From Myxococcota bacterium (GTDB taxonomy: Bacteria > Myxococcota_C > UBA6777), in the NCBI GenBank assembly GCA_023150835.1, contig JAKLKB010000027.1, positions 1 to 57,836 on the forward strand: a DNA stretch of 57,836 nucleotides. The letters are read 5' to 3'. The first letter of the stretch is position 1. Every line of letters begins with the position of its first letter. The translations under genes and the position numbers were made by a program. Shown here piece after piece: positions 28,701 through 38,068 of the stretch. Under the pieces are notes generated by a model. It made no database searches. It was not told where the DNA came from and saw nothing but the letters and a program-made list of their open reading frames with translations.

Positions 28701-30427
28701 ATGCCTATCTCCAAGCCGCTGCACGCACTCAACAACTTCAATCCAACCTATCTTCCACATCTTCCACATCTTCCGCATCTTCCACATCTTCCACATCTTC
28801 TACATCTTCCACATCTTCCACATCTTCTGCATCTTCCACATCTTCTGCATCTTCCACATCTTCCACATCTTCCACATCTTCCACATCTTCCACATCTTCC
28901 GCATCTTCCGCATCTATGGGCGATGCAAAGCGCCTGCAACAAGAACTTCGCTTGCAAGCCGCCACCCAGCTAATCCGCTGTGGACAACTTGAGCGCGGAC
29001 TCGACACCCTTTCTCAATTGTTGCGCGAACTCAGGCTGCGTTGGAGTCCATCAAAACGGGCTGCGCTCTGGACTTGGCTTCAATGTCGCATCCGCCTGTT
29101 TTTTCATAAGCTTCCCGATGCCTCAGTCGTCAAACTTTTATACCGCACGCACTCCAAGATATCGCTCAAGGTTCAAGACAATGTCCCTTCTCTTCTTCAA
29201 GATATCATGGGTTCTTCTCATACAGACGCCACGCCCACCTACCACTCCCTAGACCCCGAACAGGCCTTGCGCCTGCGTGCGTGTCGCCTTGTCTCGATGG
29301 AAGTCGGCCTCGCCGATCCCCTCCAAGGTATGGCCTTTCAAGCCCAATACTTGCTCGAAGCCGTCCACGCGAAGGACCCCTACCACTTGGCCCTTGCCTA
29401 CGCCCTCGAAGCCGCCTATAGCTCCTTTCAAGGCCCAAGCAAGCAACAGCGCACCGAACATCTCACCGATCAAGCCTTGACGCTTGGCAAACAGCTACAT
29501 CACCCCCATATCATCGGCACTTGCTACCTGACCGCAGGATTTGCGGCCTTTACACAAGGCGGGTGGAGGCGCGCTTATGACCGCTGCGTACTTGCAGAAC
29601 GCATCCTCCGACAAAGTAGCGCTGGGATTACTTGGGAACTCTCCAACTGCCACATCTATCAGATGAATGCGCTGCTGTTTATGGGGTCATTTCGCGAGCT
29701 TGAACGCACCCTTCCTGTGGTCCTGCGCGAAGCCGAAGAACGCGGCGATCTCTACACACAAACCCACCTGAATCTCGGCGTTGCACCGCGCCTGCTGCTT
29801 GCCAAAGACCAGCCCGAACAAGCCACGCTGACCATCCAGCGCACACTTCCGCCTCGCAGCCAGCGCGCTTTTCACCTCCAACACTACATCGAGTTGATCA
29901 ATCGTGGCGAGATCGCCTTGTACCTCGAAACGCCCTTCCCCTTTTGGCGATATCTCCTCGAACAGTGGGCCGAACTGCGCCGATCGCTGTTTCTTCGCAT
30001 CCAATTCAACCGTATCGAACTTCACCATCTGCGAGGCCGTTGCGCGCTCGCTTGCGCCATCCAACAGCCCCTCCGACAACGCGAGACTTTTCTCAAAGAA
30101 GCCCGTCGTTGCGCCAAGATCATCCTTAAAGAAGGCACGCGGTGGGGTTCTCCTTGGGCGCTTCATCTGCTTGCAGGGGCAGACTTCCTCGCACAGCGCT
30201 ATGACCAAGGACTCCAACACCTCACCGCCGCCGAAGTCCTCCTCGAAGACACCGACGCCCATCTCTATACGCACGCCACCATGTTGGCCCGCTCCCTCTG
30301 GCTCCCCCATGCACAAGCCCAAGACCTCGCTCACACCGCCCTCCAATGGGTGCAGTCTCAGCCCATCCAAGCCCCGCTCCGCCTTCTTCAAGCCCTCCTC
30401 CCGGGATGCCTCCCCCTCCCTGCTTAG
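25781..30427 (+). CDS. Ser/Thr protein kinase fused to an AAA/STAND-type ATPase and a TPR-like helical region
   Basis: LGEGGFGVVY, VALK, HRDLKPSN, DFG, GTPAYMSPE; Walker A GNSGIGKS and Walker B WIDDLQWGD. Confidence 0.95.
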   Translation: MTVNPLSPAQDPRWLDNGRYEILRRLGEGGFGVVYHAFDHKMGLEVALKKLKSADAETHYRFKKEFRALADLSHPNLIHLYDLVADDTQCFFTMELIRGVEFLEYVQQSQHLDLTDLPPPAPPSSSLRNASPAPSLPPPTPHPSSIPTSPPSPSHPPASPAHLDNRPPAHLDNRPPAHLDNRPPAHLDNRPPAHLDNRPPAHLDNRPPAHLDNRPPAHLDNRPPAHLDNRPPAYTESDSAFDLPPHIPPPFTQSFEPPAFPLAFSNPPTPAKSPTAFPQNPINPKDPSALAKSLKPTNVHFRRLLHALSHLAQGVAALHRFGLLHRDLKPSNVLVTPEGRVVILDFGLVAELRKDAAEQSMQIAGTPAYMSPEQALHQPLTEACDWYSVGVILYQSLTSRLPFEGSAIEILGQKHSSKPIDPQHLVSGVPVWLSQLCLELLDRDPNQRPQGAELLELLGAQALSIQAAQRSAQSTSLPLIGRHKELQRLRRLFHQTLPTQATAVLLEGNSGIGKSHLARLALSVLQNEAPSMLFHARCYKQESIPYKAVDAIIGQISHYLRMLPPSELRPLIPEGMESLAHIFPVFRRIRTLQLDLRPKLPLEPSEQRRQAFASLRELLRRLSLRRKLIFWIDDLQWGDVDSAALLIELLRPPEAPALMFLGCFRSEDSDSSPFLQKFSSLHSFFQSAFPLERMALEGLPLSDAAELAALLFGPPAQPRNPLLLSLAKQSGGNPSLLEELVRYVQQHTSLEQREALLLSGPTSPLPSQTPIPSANWEQHLEPLLAGFTLSEVFKERYARLSTAQQALLEVLAVAGQPTTRNLLLRTLDISLPAADLSQLRLQHLIRLRDAQEDEEIDLYHERLREILLALLEQHHPSRLNDIHSKLAHELSTEDTPDVKRLAIHLSHAGDHTSALGYTLQAAQDAESALAFGQAARWYRHALSLSPLDPLQERDILRALADALAHQGLGESSADAYLQAAARTQQLQSNLSSTSSTSSASSTSSTSSTSSTSSTSSASSTSSASSTSSTSSTSSTSSTSSASSASMGDAKRLQQELRLQAATQLIRCGQLERGLDTLSQLLRELRLRWSPSKRAALWTWLQCRIRLFFHKLPDASVVKLLYRTHSKISLKVQDNVPSLLQDIMGSSHTDATPTYHSLDPEQALRLRACRLVSMEVGLADPLQGMAFQAQYLLEAVHAKDPYHLALAYALEAAYSSFQGPSKQQRTEHLTDQALTLGKQLHHPHIIGTCYLTAGFAAFTQGGWRRAYDRCVLAERILRQSSAGITWELSNCHIYQMNALLFMGSFRELERTLPVVLREAEERGDLYTQTHLNLGVAPRLLLAKDQPEQATLTIQRTLPPRSQRAFHLQHYIELINRGEIALYLETPFPFWRYLLEQWAELRRSLFLRIQFNRIELHHLRGRCALACAIQQPLRQRETFLKEARRCAKIILKEGTRWGSPWALHLLAGADFLAQRYDQGLQHLTAAEVLLEDTDAHLYTHATMLARSLWLPHAQAQDLAHTALQWVQSQPIQAPLRLLQALLPGCLPLPA
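26258..26479 (+). repeat. 24-bp tandem repeat x9 (AHLDNRPP) inside the kinase domain
   Basis: Read directly from the sequence. Confidence 0.95.
28752..28915 (+). repeat. 9-bp tandem repeat (TCTTCCACA, SST/SSA), ~18 units, in the kinase-ATPase gene
   Basis: Read directly from the sequence. Confidence 0.95.
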
Positions 30428-30532
30428 CCCCCTCGATCCACTTTTCTCGCGAACCACCTTCCGATCTATCGCGTCATGGGGCCGCGCCACCCAGAACAGC
30501 GAATCCTTTTCTTGTCGCGATTGCGCAGTTGA

Positions 30533-30661
30533 CAAAAAAACCCGTACTCGCTGCATTTCAAGCGAAAGAGTCGTCTGGTTGAAAAACCATGATCTCTTCG
30601 CCGATACGGGGTCAAGGGGCGACAGTCTATGGCGGGTTTTGGGGTTCCAACCCCACAAAAA
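30533..30661 (-). mobile_element. Family B element
   Basis: CCCGTACTCG..TTCAAGCGA..CGCCGATACGGGGTCAAGGGGCGACAGTC..CCCCACAAAA. Confidence 0.8.
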
Positions 30662-30705
30662 CCAACCCAACAAGTACTTCACTCTCACACCAAGGAGATC
30701 CAAAG

Positions 30706-32088
30706 ATGATCCTCGCCATGCAAGTCAAAGAAGTCCACAACCACGCCAACGCCGACACCTTGCGCGTCTATGTCTTTGGCGCGCCCAACCACGCGGATAC
30801 ACAGATCGTCGCAAACAACGAGAATCTGTACAACGTGGGCGATGTAGTCGCGGTGGCGTTGGTCGGAGCGGTGCTTGCGGACGGAACCAAGCTCCGCAAA
30901 GCCCGCTTACGCGGCGTGGACTCTTTTGGCATGGCGATGGGGCCGACCGATCAACCTGTCGGGGCGGATCTTTCCGCACAATACAGAGCGAACACTGCTC
31001 CGCCCCCCACAGCACCGAGTGAAGCTGCCGCTGCGTTGCCCACCGATATCGATCTAATCAAGTGGCCGAGTATCGAGCATCTTCATCACCTGATCGCCTC
31101 GTTTCAAAAAGAAAGCGAAGTCTTTGGGGACGCTTATGTGATGCCCAAGATCCCTTACCGCGCCAAAGTCAAACTGGACGGAACCAACGCCGCTGTACAG
31201 ATGCGCGCAGATGGCCGATGTATCGCCCAATCCCGCTCTCGCCTGATCCACCCCCAAGAAGATAACCTCGGATTTGCCGCATGGCTCGAACTACACAAAG
31301 ACTACTTCCACGATCTCAACCAACGGATGCACCAACAAGCCCCTGTGTCGGGCCCGATCTTGTTATTTGGTGAATGGTGCGGCCAAGGCATCCAAAAACG
31401 TACCGCGATCTCCAAGATCCCCAAACGTGTCTTTGCGATCTTTGCGATCCTATGGGGCGATCCAAGCACAGGGATGGCTCACATCGAGATCGAACCCGAA
31501 CGCTTACGGGCTTTGATCCCCGCCCACGAAGATATCCATATCTTGCCGTGGCATCACGAGACCATCGAGATCGATTTCGCCTCCCAAGCCTCGCTCGAAC
31601 AAGCAGCAGAAACTCTCAACGCCCTCGTCGCATCGGTCGAAGCGTGCGATCCTTGGGTCGCGGAAGTCTTTGGCACCGAAGGACTCGGTGAAGGCGTTGT
31701 GATGTACCCGCTCCTCGCAGAAGCAGATCCGATGTGGCGTACCCGCTGGTCAAGTCTGTTGTTCAAAGCCAAAGGTGAAAAACACCAATCCATCCGTCAA
31801 AAAAGCTCTGTACAGCTTACTCCTGAGCACGTCTCCTCCGTTCAAGCCTTTGTCGATCTCGTCTTGACGCCCGCTCGCCTCGAACAAGCACTCCAAGAAG
31901 CTTGTGCTGGCCTCGCCGTTCCCGAAAAGATCGGCGATTTTTTGCGATGGATCGGTCAAGACGTCAAAAAAGAAAACACCCTCGAAGCCGAAGCCAACGG
32001 GCTCGATTGGAAAGATATCGCCAAACCGCTCTCTCAAACGGCCTTGCGCTGGTTCCAAACACAGCGACCCACATCTCCTCTGCCCTGA
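30706..32088 (+). CDS. RNA ligase (Rnl2-like nucleotidyltransferase) with an N-terminal tRNA-binding OB fold
   Basis: N-terminal HANADTL..GDVVAVALVG..LRGVDSFGM (PheT/Trbp-type OB fold); ligase motifs KLDGTN, FGEW, FAI, GEGVVM and FKAK; AAGGAG RBS. Confidence 0.85.
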   Translation: MILAMQVKEVHNHANADTLRVYVFGAPNHADTQIVANNENLYNVGDVVAVALVGAVLADGTKLRKARLRGVDSFGMAMGPTDQPVGADLSAQYRANTAPPPTAPSEAAAALPTDIDLIKWPSIEHLHHLIASFQKESEVFGDAYVMPKIPYRAKVKLDGTNAAVQMRADGRCIAQSRSRLIHPQEDNLGFAAWLELHKDYFHDLNQRMHQQAPVSGPILLFGEWCGQGIQKRTAISKIPKRVFAIFAILWGDPSTGMAHIEIEPERLRALIPAHEDIHILPWHHETIEIDFASQASLEQAAETLNALVASVEACDPWVAEVFGTEGLGEGVVMYPLLAEADPMWRTRWSSLLFKAKGEKHQSIRQKSSVQLTPEHVSSVQAFVDLVLTPARLEQALQEACAGLAVPEKIGDFLRWIGQDVKKENTLEAEANGLDWKDIAKPLSQTALRWFQTQRPTSPLP

Positions 32089-32161
32089 TGTTCGCTGCTT
32101 TTGTTGGGGGCAGGAGCTTTAGCGTTCCAAACACAGCGACCCACATCTCCTATGCCCTGAT
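32052..32161. repeat. 38-bp direct repeat pair (32052-32089, 32124-32161) with 34-bp spacer; duplicates the ligase 3' end
   Basis: GTTCCAAACACAGCGACCCACATCTCCTmTGCCCTGAT occurs twice, with 1 mismatch. Confidence 0.92.
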
Positions 32162-32200
32162 CCCCCCAAAGATCCACTCTTTCTCGAACCTGCATCGCTC

Positions 32201-32803
32201 TCAAGAAGAGGCATACGGTGAAAGAGGCCCCGCGATCTGTTGTGCAAACGTCCGATAATCCGCGATCACATGATCGGCCCCAAAGTCGTCGTATTCTTGA
32301 GCGCCATCCGCGTAAAAAGCCGTTTCAACGCCCGCACGACGGCCACATTCGATATCAAATCGAAAGTCCCCCACAAACAACATCTCCTTGGGTTCGAGTT
32401 TCCAAGCCTCCAAAAACCGCAGTAATCCGTCAGGATCGGGTTTGGGCAACGCATCTTCTCTCGTCAAGACCATCTCGACAGGCAGATCGAAGGCATCCAA
32501 CACCCGCTGCGTTGCGGCTTTACAGTTGCGCGTGAAGATCCCCACGCGCACTCCCACCGTTCGAAAAGCCTGCAACATCTCCTGCACCCCTTCGATCAGC
32601 TTCGCTCCTCCCGCATAACCCACTTCCATCTCTTCCAACAAGCGCTCTTTGAAGGCGCGTTCTTCGGGGTCAAGCGCAGCAAGATGCTCCAAGATCGGCG
32701 CACCGTCGGGGATATCCAAACGCTCTCGTAGTGTCCGAAAGCACAGCGGAGAATCGATCAAGGTGCCATCCATATCAAAGACGATCGCTTTCCACATCCA
32801 CAA
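32201..32803 (-). CDS. HAD family hydrolase/phosphatase
   Basis: FDMDGTL, TRN, KPDPDG and VGDFRFD. Confidence 0.93.
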   Translation of the reverse strand: MWMWKAIVFDMDGTLIDSPLCFRTLRERLDIPDGAPILEHLAALDPEERAFKERLLEEMEVGYAGGAKLIEGVQEMLQAFRTVGVRVGIFTRNCKAATQRVLDAFDLPVEMVLTREDALPKPDPDGLLRFLEAWKLEPKEMLFVGDFRFDIECGRRAGVETAFYADGAQEYDDFGADHVIADYRTFAQQIAGPLSPYASS

Positions 32804-32844
32804 CCTCCATCCATCGGGTCTCTACGGACCTCCAACCTCAAACA

Positions 32845-34557
32845 TCACTCTCGGCACTTGGCGATCTCTTGCGCAGACGACCACTGCACTTCAACCCCAT
32901 CGGGCAAACGCGCCGAAAACGCCTTCAGCGCCATGCGCAACGGCTCGACTTCTTTGCGTCTCGCCACCGAAAACACCACACGCTCCGACGCACAACACAA
33001 TTTGGGAACCTGCCGCCATGCAGCCACCGCACACCAACCCGCAAGCGGGCCACGATCATACAACACAGCCATTTCGCTTCGCCTCTTTTCGACAACCGCT
33101 ACCAATGCTTTTTCATTCAGTCCGCTACGACGCCGCATTTGTGCGATCTCCTGATCCCCCAAGCCCATCAGATCCGTGATCTGTGCCTCCGTCTTGTACG
33201 CAACCAACCCGATATCTTGCAAAACCACACGTACATCGCGCTTGTAAGAACGTAAAAAATCCGCCACTTGGTAAGGTTGGCGATAAATTCCCCGCATATT
33301 CGGAGAGATCGCCGACTGAGCCTCGGTCGCCCTCGCCCCAAACAAGACCACACCAAGGCACAGCAAACCCAGCACACACATCTGCTTTCGAGCCGACGCT
33401 ATCCTCGCACGCACCACCCAAAAGACCCAACCACGCGCCAGATACCCCCATCCCACACACAAAAGATAAAACTCATACCGATAAAACCATCCCGTCCGCG
33501 CCAACAACAGATGCAACCCTGCGATCCCCATCCACAACATCAATCCCCAACGCAACACCCGCAACTCTCGCAACGCCCCTGTTCGATCTTCCCCCAACAC
33601 CTGCAACTCTCGCAACGCCTCTGTTTGATCTTCCCCCAACACCCGTAATCTTGCTTCTTCGCTACGCAACAACAACAGCAACAGACCCCCCAAAACCACC
33701 AACGACAAGACCTCCGGCGCTTGACCGAGATTGTCTCCCAAACGATCCATTAAAACAGAAAAACCTCTTTGCGAAAACACCGCAGATGTCGCGCCTTTGA
33801 GCAAAATCGGATTCGGCAACCCAAAGCCACCTTGCCACACCGACCACGCACCAAAAGCCAACACCGGCACACCCACACTCACCCCCAAAGCCAACGCACG
33901 CCCCAACCGCCGCTGCTTCAAATAGGCTACCCCTGCGATCCCCACCAAAAACAAACTCTCATAGCGCACCAAGCCCACACACCCCAACACCCACCACCCG
34001 CCCCAAAAAGAATCTTTCTCTACAAACACCCATGCCTTCGAAGACATCGCTTCGTTCGAGAGATCACTCGCCAGCTTTTCCACAGCCCACAACATCAGTA
34101 ACGCATGAAGCAGATGCTCCAATCCGCACAAGATGACCGCAGGAAAAGCCAGACCCACCACCCAAAGCCCCCCATACACCTCGCTCCAAACGCCACGCCA
34201 CGCGAGTCCTTCCCCCGAAACAACGAAGCCCTGCTTTGCCCAAGCCAAGATCGCCAACGCACACAATACATTCAGCACAAAAGGCCACGCAGCGCCACCA
34301 CCCAAAAGCACCAACAACAACGTCCACAACGGAGAAGATGACGCCGAGGAAAAATGACCTGCGGAGATGCCCCATACACCTGTGAGATGGACATTCTTTG
34401 CGATCGCAAGATGGATGTACGGATCATCCAACAAATAAACGAACTGGCCCGCGTTGGCGTCAAGAGCCCGAGCCATCGGATAGACCAGAACGATCAACAG
34501 CACACACATCGCAAACAACGGAAAGCTCGACACCAACGAACGTAATCTTTCGGCCAA
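32845..34557 (-). CDS. Multi-pass membrane protein, probable GT-C glycosyltransferase
   Basis: DDPYIH motif after the first TM segment, SSPLW, GLE and RYE; many TM segments; 42-bp internal repeat at ~33555-33645. Confidence 0.7.
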   Translation of the reverse strand: MAERLRSLVSSFPLFAMCVLLIVLVYPMARALDANAGQFVYLLDDPYIHLAIAKNVHLTGVWGISAGHFSSASSSPLWTLLLVLLGGGAAWPFVLNVLCALAILAWAKQGFVVSGEGLAWRGVWSEVYGGLWVVGLAFPAVILCGLEHLLHALLMLWAVEKLASDLSNEAMSSKAWVFVEKDSFWGGWWVLGCVGLVRYESLFLVGIAGVAYLKQRRLGRALALGVSVGVPVLAFGAWSVWQGGFGLPNPILLKGATSAVFSQRGFSVLMDRLGDNLGQAPEVLSLVVLGGLLLLLLRSEEARLRVLGEDQTEALRELQVLGEDRTGALRELRVLRWGLMLWMGIAGLHLLLARTGWFYRYEFYLLCVGWGYLARGWVFWVVRARIASARKQMCVLGLLCLGVVLFGARATEAQSAISPNMRGIYRQPYQVADFLRSYKRDVRVVLQDIGLVAYKTEAQITDLMGLGDQEIAQMRRRSGLNEKALVAVVEKRRSEMAVLYDRGPLAGWCAVAAWRQVPKLCCASERVVFSVARRKEVEPLRMALKAFSARLPDGVEVQWSSAQEIAKCRE

Positions 34558-34589
34558 CGCATACCTCTTCGCGGTGATGTGTGATCATC

Positions 34590-35954
34590 TTAGCTGGTTT
34601 TGATCACCAAACGATCGACTTCTTTTCGACCTTCGACTTCGTGATGCGTCAACGTCAGCACCCCTTGCGCATCAAAGTCCAGCAAAGAGCACCCAAACCC
34701 CCGCTCTACGGCCTTACGCAAAGGGATCTCTTCGGGTGCTTTGGTCTTGAATTCCTCAAGGTGTTCATCTGGGTTGTAACTCACGGCCCCACCGCACCCA
34801 TCGACCACATACACCACGCCCTCGACCTCGAAGCGCTCGTAGCTATGGTTGTGACCGCACATCACCAACGGAACTTTGTACTGCTTTAACAAGGGATGCA
34901 CCAACGCCCTCGTCTCCATCGGAGGTTTCGACCGACCAAACGTATAATAGGGCCGATGAAAGCCGACCACCGCATAACGCAGATCAGCGGATTGTTCGAC
35001 CCGCATCAATTCCTCTTTCAACCACTTCACTTGCACAGTGCCGTCTTTGTCGAGTCCGTCCTCGCTATTCAGCGACAAAAAGCGGATCCCTCCGTAAGAA
35101 AAAGCGTGGTAGTCTGGAGCGCTGCCCACATCGCCATGCCCACCGAGCAAGCGTTTGTAAAATACTTCGAACTCATTCATCTCCTCGTATTCGTGGTTTC
35201 CAACACAAAAGTGCATCGGGGCACGCCGCATCAACGGCCCGAACACTTGGAACACGCCTGCCCATGTATCCAAAAAGTTGGTTTGGTATTGGATATCTCC
35301 CCCATGCCAGACCAGATCGGGTTCTTTTGCTAGAAGCAATTCAGCGGTGTTTTGATGGTGCGGATACATCGTGTCTGCGATCCATCCGATCCGAAACGGC
35401 TGCCCTTTTGCAACGGGAGCCCGAAAAGCCCCCTCTTCGACGGCCCCACCACGACGATTCACGCGCCACCGATAACGCTCCCCTGCCTTCAAACCCTCCA
35501 GTCGCACCTCGTGCACAGCGTAATCCCCGGGTGCATCGCGACGTTCCAACGAAGGATCATTGGCTGGAAACGCTGCTTCGATCTTCTCGATCTTGCCTTT
35601 GGATATCTGTGTCGACACCTGCTTTTCCCCCGACCACAACGAGACCTCCAATCCTTCTTCGCTTTGCGTCTCAAAACGCAGGCGTACCGCTTCCAAACCC
35701 ATCAGTTGCACATACGGTCCCTTTGTCAACGCGATCGACGGTCGCACATCCACCGTCTCCTGCTCTCCTGCATCCCCAAGCTTTTCTCCACCGCTCGGCG
35801 GCAGGCAACCGCCCACGCCCCATAACCCCAATCCCGCCACACCCAACGCACTGTGCGCCAGAAAAGCGCGGCGACTCCAACGACCTTCTTTGACCTGCCC
35901 AGATCGCCCATCTATCGGCCCTGCTCGCAAGATGCTTTTCTTTTTGCTTGCCAT
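34590..35954 (-). CDS. Purple acid phosphatase-like metallophosphoesterase, Tat-exported lipoprotein
   Basis: SRRAFL plus GGC; ADT, GDIQY, GNHE and GHNHSYER motifs. Confidence 0.9.
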   Translation of the reverse strand: MASKKKSILRAGPIDGRSGQVKEGRWSRRAFLAHSALGVAGLGLWGVGGCLPPSGGEKLGDAGEQETVDVRPSIALTKGPYVQLMGLEAVRLRFETQSEEGLEVSLWSGEKQVSTQISKGKIEKIEAAFPANDPSLERRDAPGDYAVHEVRLEGLKAGERYRWRVNRRGGAVEEGAFRAPVAKGQPFRIGWIADTMYPHHQNTAELLLAKEPDLVWHGGDIQYQTNFLDTWAGVFQVFGPLMRRAPMHFCVGNHEYEEMNEFEVFYKRLLGGHGDVGSAPDYHAFSYGGIRFLSLNSEDGLDKDGTVQVKWLKEELMRVEQSADLRYAVVGFHRPYYTFGRSKPPMETRALVHPLLKQYKVPLVMCGHNHSYERFEVEGVVYVVDGCGGAVSYNPDEHLEEFKTKAPEEIPLRKAVERGFGCSLLDFDAQGVLTLTHHEVEGRKEVDRLVIKTS

Positions 35955-36129
35955 CACAAACCCCGTCGCTACACTCTGCCTGTAATCCGAAGACGAAAAC
36001 ACTTCGTCTAGCAGATCGCAAGAGAGGCCAAAACGCAAGCCTCTCCACCGATGCGCGGCGCTGCTTTGTCCACGATAGCCCCCGTGTATCCGTGTGTTTC
36101 GTTATCCTCCCCCAACAAAGGAGTCTCCG

Positions 36130-36828
36130 ATGAAATGGCGCGTTCTCTTCCTTGGTCTCGCACTCTTCGCTTTCCACTCCGCAACCTCCCTCAACGCACA
36201 AGCCCAAAACGTCGTCATCGACGAAAACGCCCCCGCTGATAACGTCGAACCCGACTCCGTGATCCACCCCTTCCTTACCGTCGAAGGCGTCCAAGTCTTT
36301 TACTTCTACGACGCCAACGGAGCCGCACGCTACTACTACCTTTCCCCAAACGGAGAGCGCATCTTTTACCCGTTCGGCTGGCGCCCTTACCGCATCACTG
36401 CGGGAACTCGCTTCTTTTTTGATCCCGTCCCTTACATCTGGGTTGGGGGCCGTCCCGTCTTCTACTACCAACAAGGCGATCTGTTCCGATACTACGTCCT
36501 TGATGGCTCCACCATCCGCTATTATCCCCACGCATGGCGCCCGTTTTATCTCGTCGGTGGCGTTCGCACCTACGTCCGTCCTCGCTACATCTACCGCTAC
36601 AACACTTGGCGCACCTACAACGTCTACAACCGACCCTACTATCGGCCCAATTACGTCCGCACCCGCTACCGCTATAACCCTGTTCGTCGCTACCGCACCG
36701 TTTATCGACCCACACGCATCCATCGCCAGCCCGTTCGCGTTTATCGCCAGCCCGTTCGCGTTCATCGCCAGCCCGTCCGCGTTCATCGCCAGCCCGTTCG
36801 CACCCATCACGGACGACGACGCAAATAA
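36130..36828 (+). CDS. Secreted Tyr/Arg-rich protein with (V/I)xRQPVR repeats
   Basis: AAGGAG RBS, signal peptide (AQA), two internal homologous segments and a cationic tail. Confidence 0.75.
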   Translation: MKWRVLFLGLALFAFHSATSLNAQAQNVVIDENAPADNVEPDSVIHPFLTVEGVQVFYFYDANGAARYYYLSPNGERIFYPFGWRPYRITAGTRFFFDPVPYIWVGGRPVFYYQQGDLFRYYVLDGSTIRYYPHAWRPFYLVGGVRTYVRPRYIYRYNTWRTYNVYNRPYYRPNYVRTRYRYNPVRRYRTVYRPTRIHRQPVRVYRQPVRVHRQPVRVHRQPVRTHHGRRRK

Positions 36829-36907
36829 CCCTATCCTCCGCACTTTCCCCTATCCTCCGAACCTTCCCCCCATCCTCCGAACCTTCCCCCCATCCTCCGA
36901 ACCTTCC
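36829..36907. repeat. ~20-bp tandem repeat x4 (CCATCCTCCGAACCTTCCCC)
   Basis: Read directly; fills a convergent intergenic gap. Confidence 0.9.
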
Positions 36908-36913
36908 TGCTTT

Positions 36914-37801
36914 TCACATACCCAATCGACCGATCTTTTCGAGATAATCGCGTGCGAGCTGATAGTTGTCTTCGTTGTCGGGATGAAAATCGAAGCGCAG
37001 ATAATCCAGCCCATCCAACACGATGCGAGGGGCTTCGCGAAAAAAGAAGTTCAGATAATCCGCATGGGAAGCGTTTCGGATCTCAGGGCTTTCTTGCTTG
37101 AGCAGGTGGCGTGTTCCGGCCATCCAAAAGAAAAACAGCGTCAGCGTGGCGATCGCAAAACCCGCCAAACGCACACGATAGCGCGGATCCACCGATTGCA
37201 GCACATCGAATGTCACGGACTTGTGCTCGATCTCTTCGGCTGCGTGCCAAAACAGCAGATCCCGCATGATCGGATGGGCGTCTTGCAAAAAGTCCGAACG
37301 CAACACAAAGTCCCCAAAGATCGCCGTAAAATGCTCCAGCGCCGCCGTGATCGACAAGCGCATCAACGGAGACATCCGCACCTCCAGCTTCTTGTAGGCA
37401 AGGTCTTTGTACCACGCCAGAAAAGATTGGATCTCAAAACCCTGTTGTTCCAAGATCTCGAAGGCATGGAGATGTTCGACTTGGTGTTGTGACTCTTGGC
37501 CGAAAAATAACCGCACCCGCTGACGAAGCCCCTCATCCTTGATCTGTTCCTCAAAGACCCGCACGCTGCGAATAAAAAACCGTTCGCCCTCTGGAAACAC
37601 AAAGTTCAAACCGTTGATCAGATGCGTCAAAAACACGTTCTCTCCAAACCACCAACGCGGCAGACCTTTTTGAAATGGAAACCCCATCCGACGCACCACG
37701 ATCGGTCGTTCGCCTGTGTGGGCCTCCGCAGTCGACTCGTTCGTTCGTTTCTTTGCACGACCACGCCACACGGACCGCACTTGTGCTGCCAACCCCACCA
37801 T
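36914..37801 (-). CDS. Predicted metal-dependent hydrolase (ferritin-like, Metal_hydrol type)
   Basis: FPEGERFFIRSV, QESQH..EH, ALEHFTA and WHAAEEIEHKSV.FD. Confidence 0.9.
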   Translation of the reverse strand: MVGLAAQVRSVWRGRAKKRTNESTAEAHTGERPIVVRRMGFPFQKGLPRWWFGENVFLTHLINGLNFVFPEGERFFIRSVRVFEEQIKDEGLRQRVRLFFGQESQHQVEHLHAFEILEQQGFEIQSFLAWYKDLAYKKLEVRMSPLMRLSITAALEHFTAIFGDFVLRSDFLQDAHPIMRDLLFWHAAEEIEHKSVTFDVLQSVDPRYRVRLAGFAIATLTLFFFWMAGTRHLLKQESPEIRNASHADYLNFFFREAPRIVLDGLDYLRFDFHPDNEDNYQLARDYLEKIGRLGM

Positions 37802-38068
37802 CTTGCCCTCCTATCCGCGCTTTCGCGCTGCCTTCTCCTCCAAACCACCCGCGCCACCTCGCTGCTGCGCCAACTTCCCGAATATGGTTCAAGATCCGCC
37901 AACATACAACACCCCACCCTAGACACCCACACCCAAACGCATCATCTTCCCCCCGCGATGAGAGCCGATCTCCAACCACCGCCGACGGCCTGCCTCGGGG
38001 TATCGAATATCTCCAATTTCCCCGTGACATCGACGATTCGGCACCCAACTCAAAAGAGGTTTTTTCTG

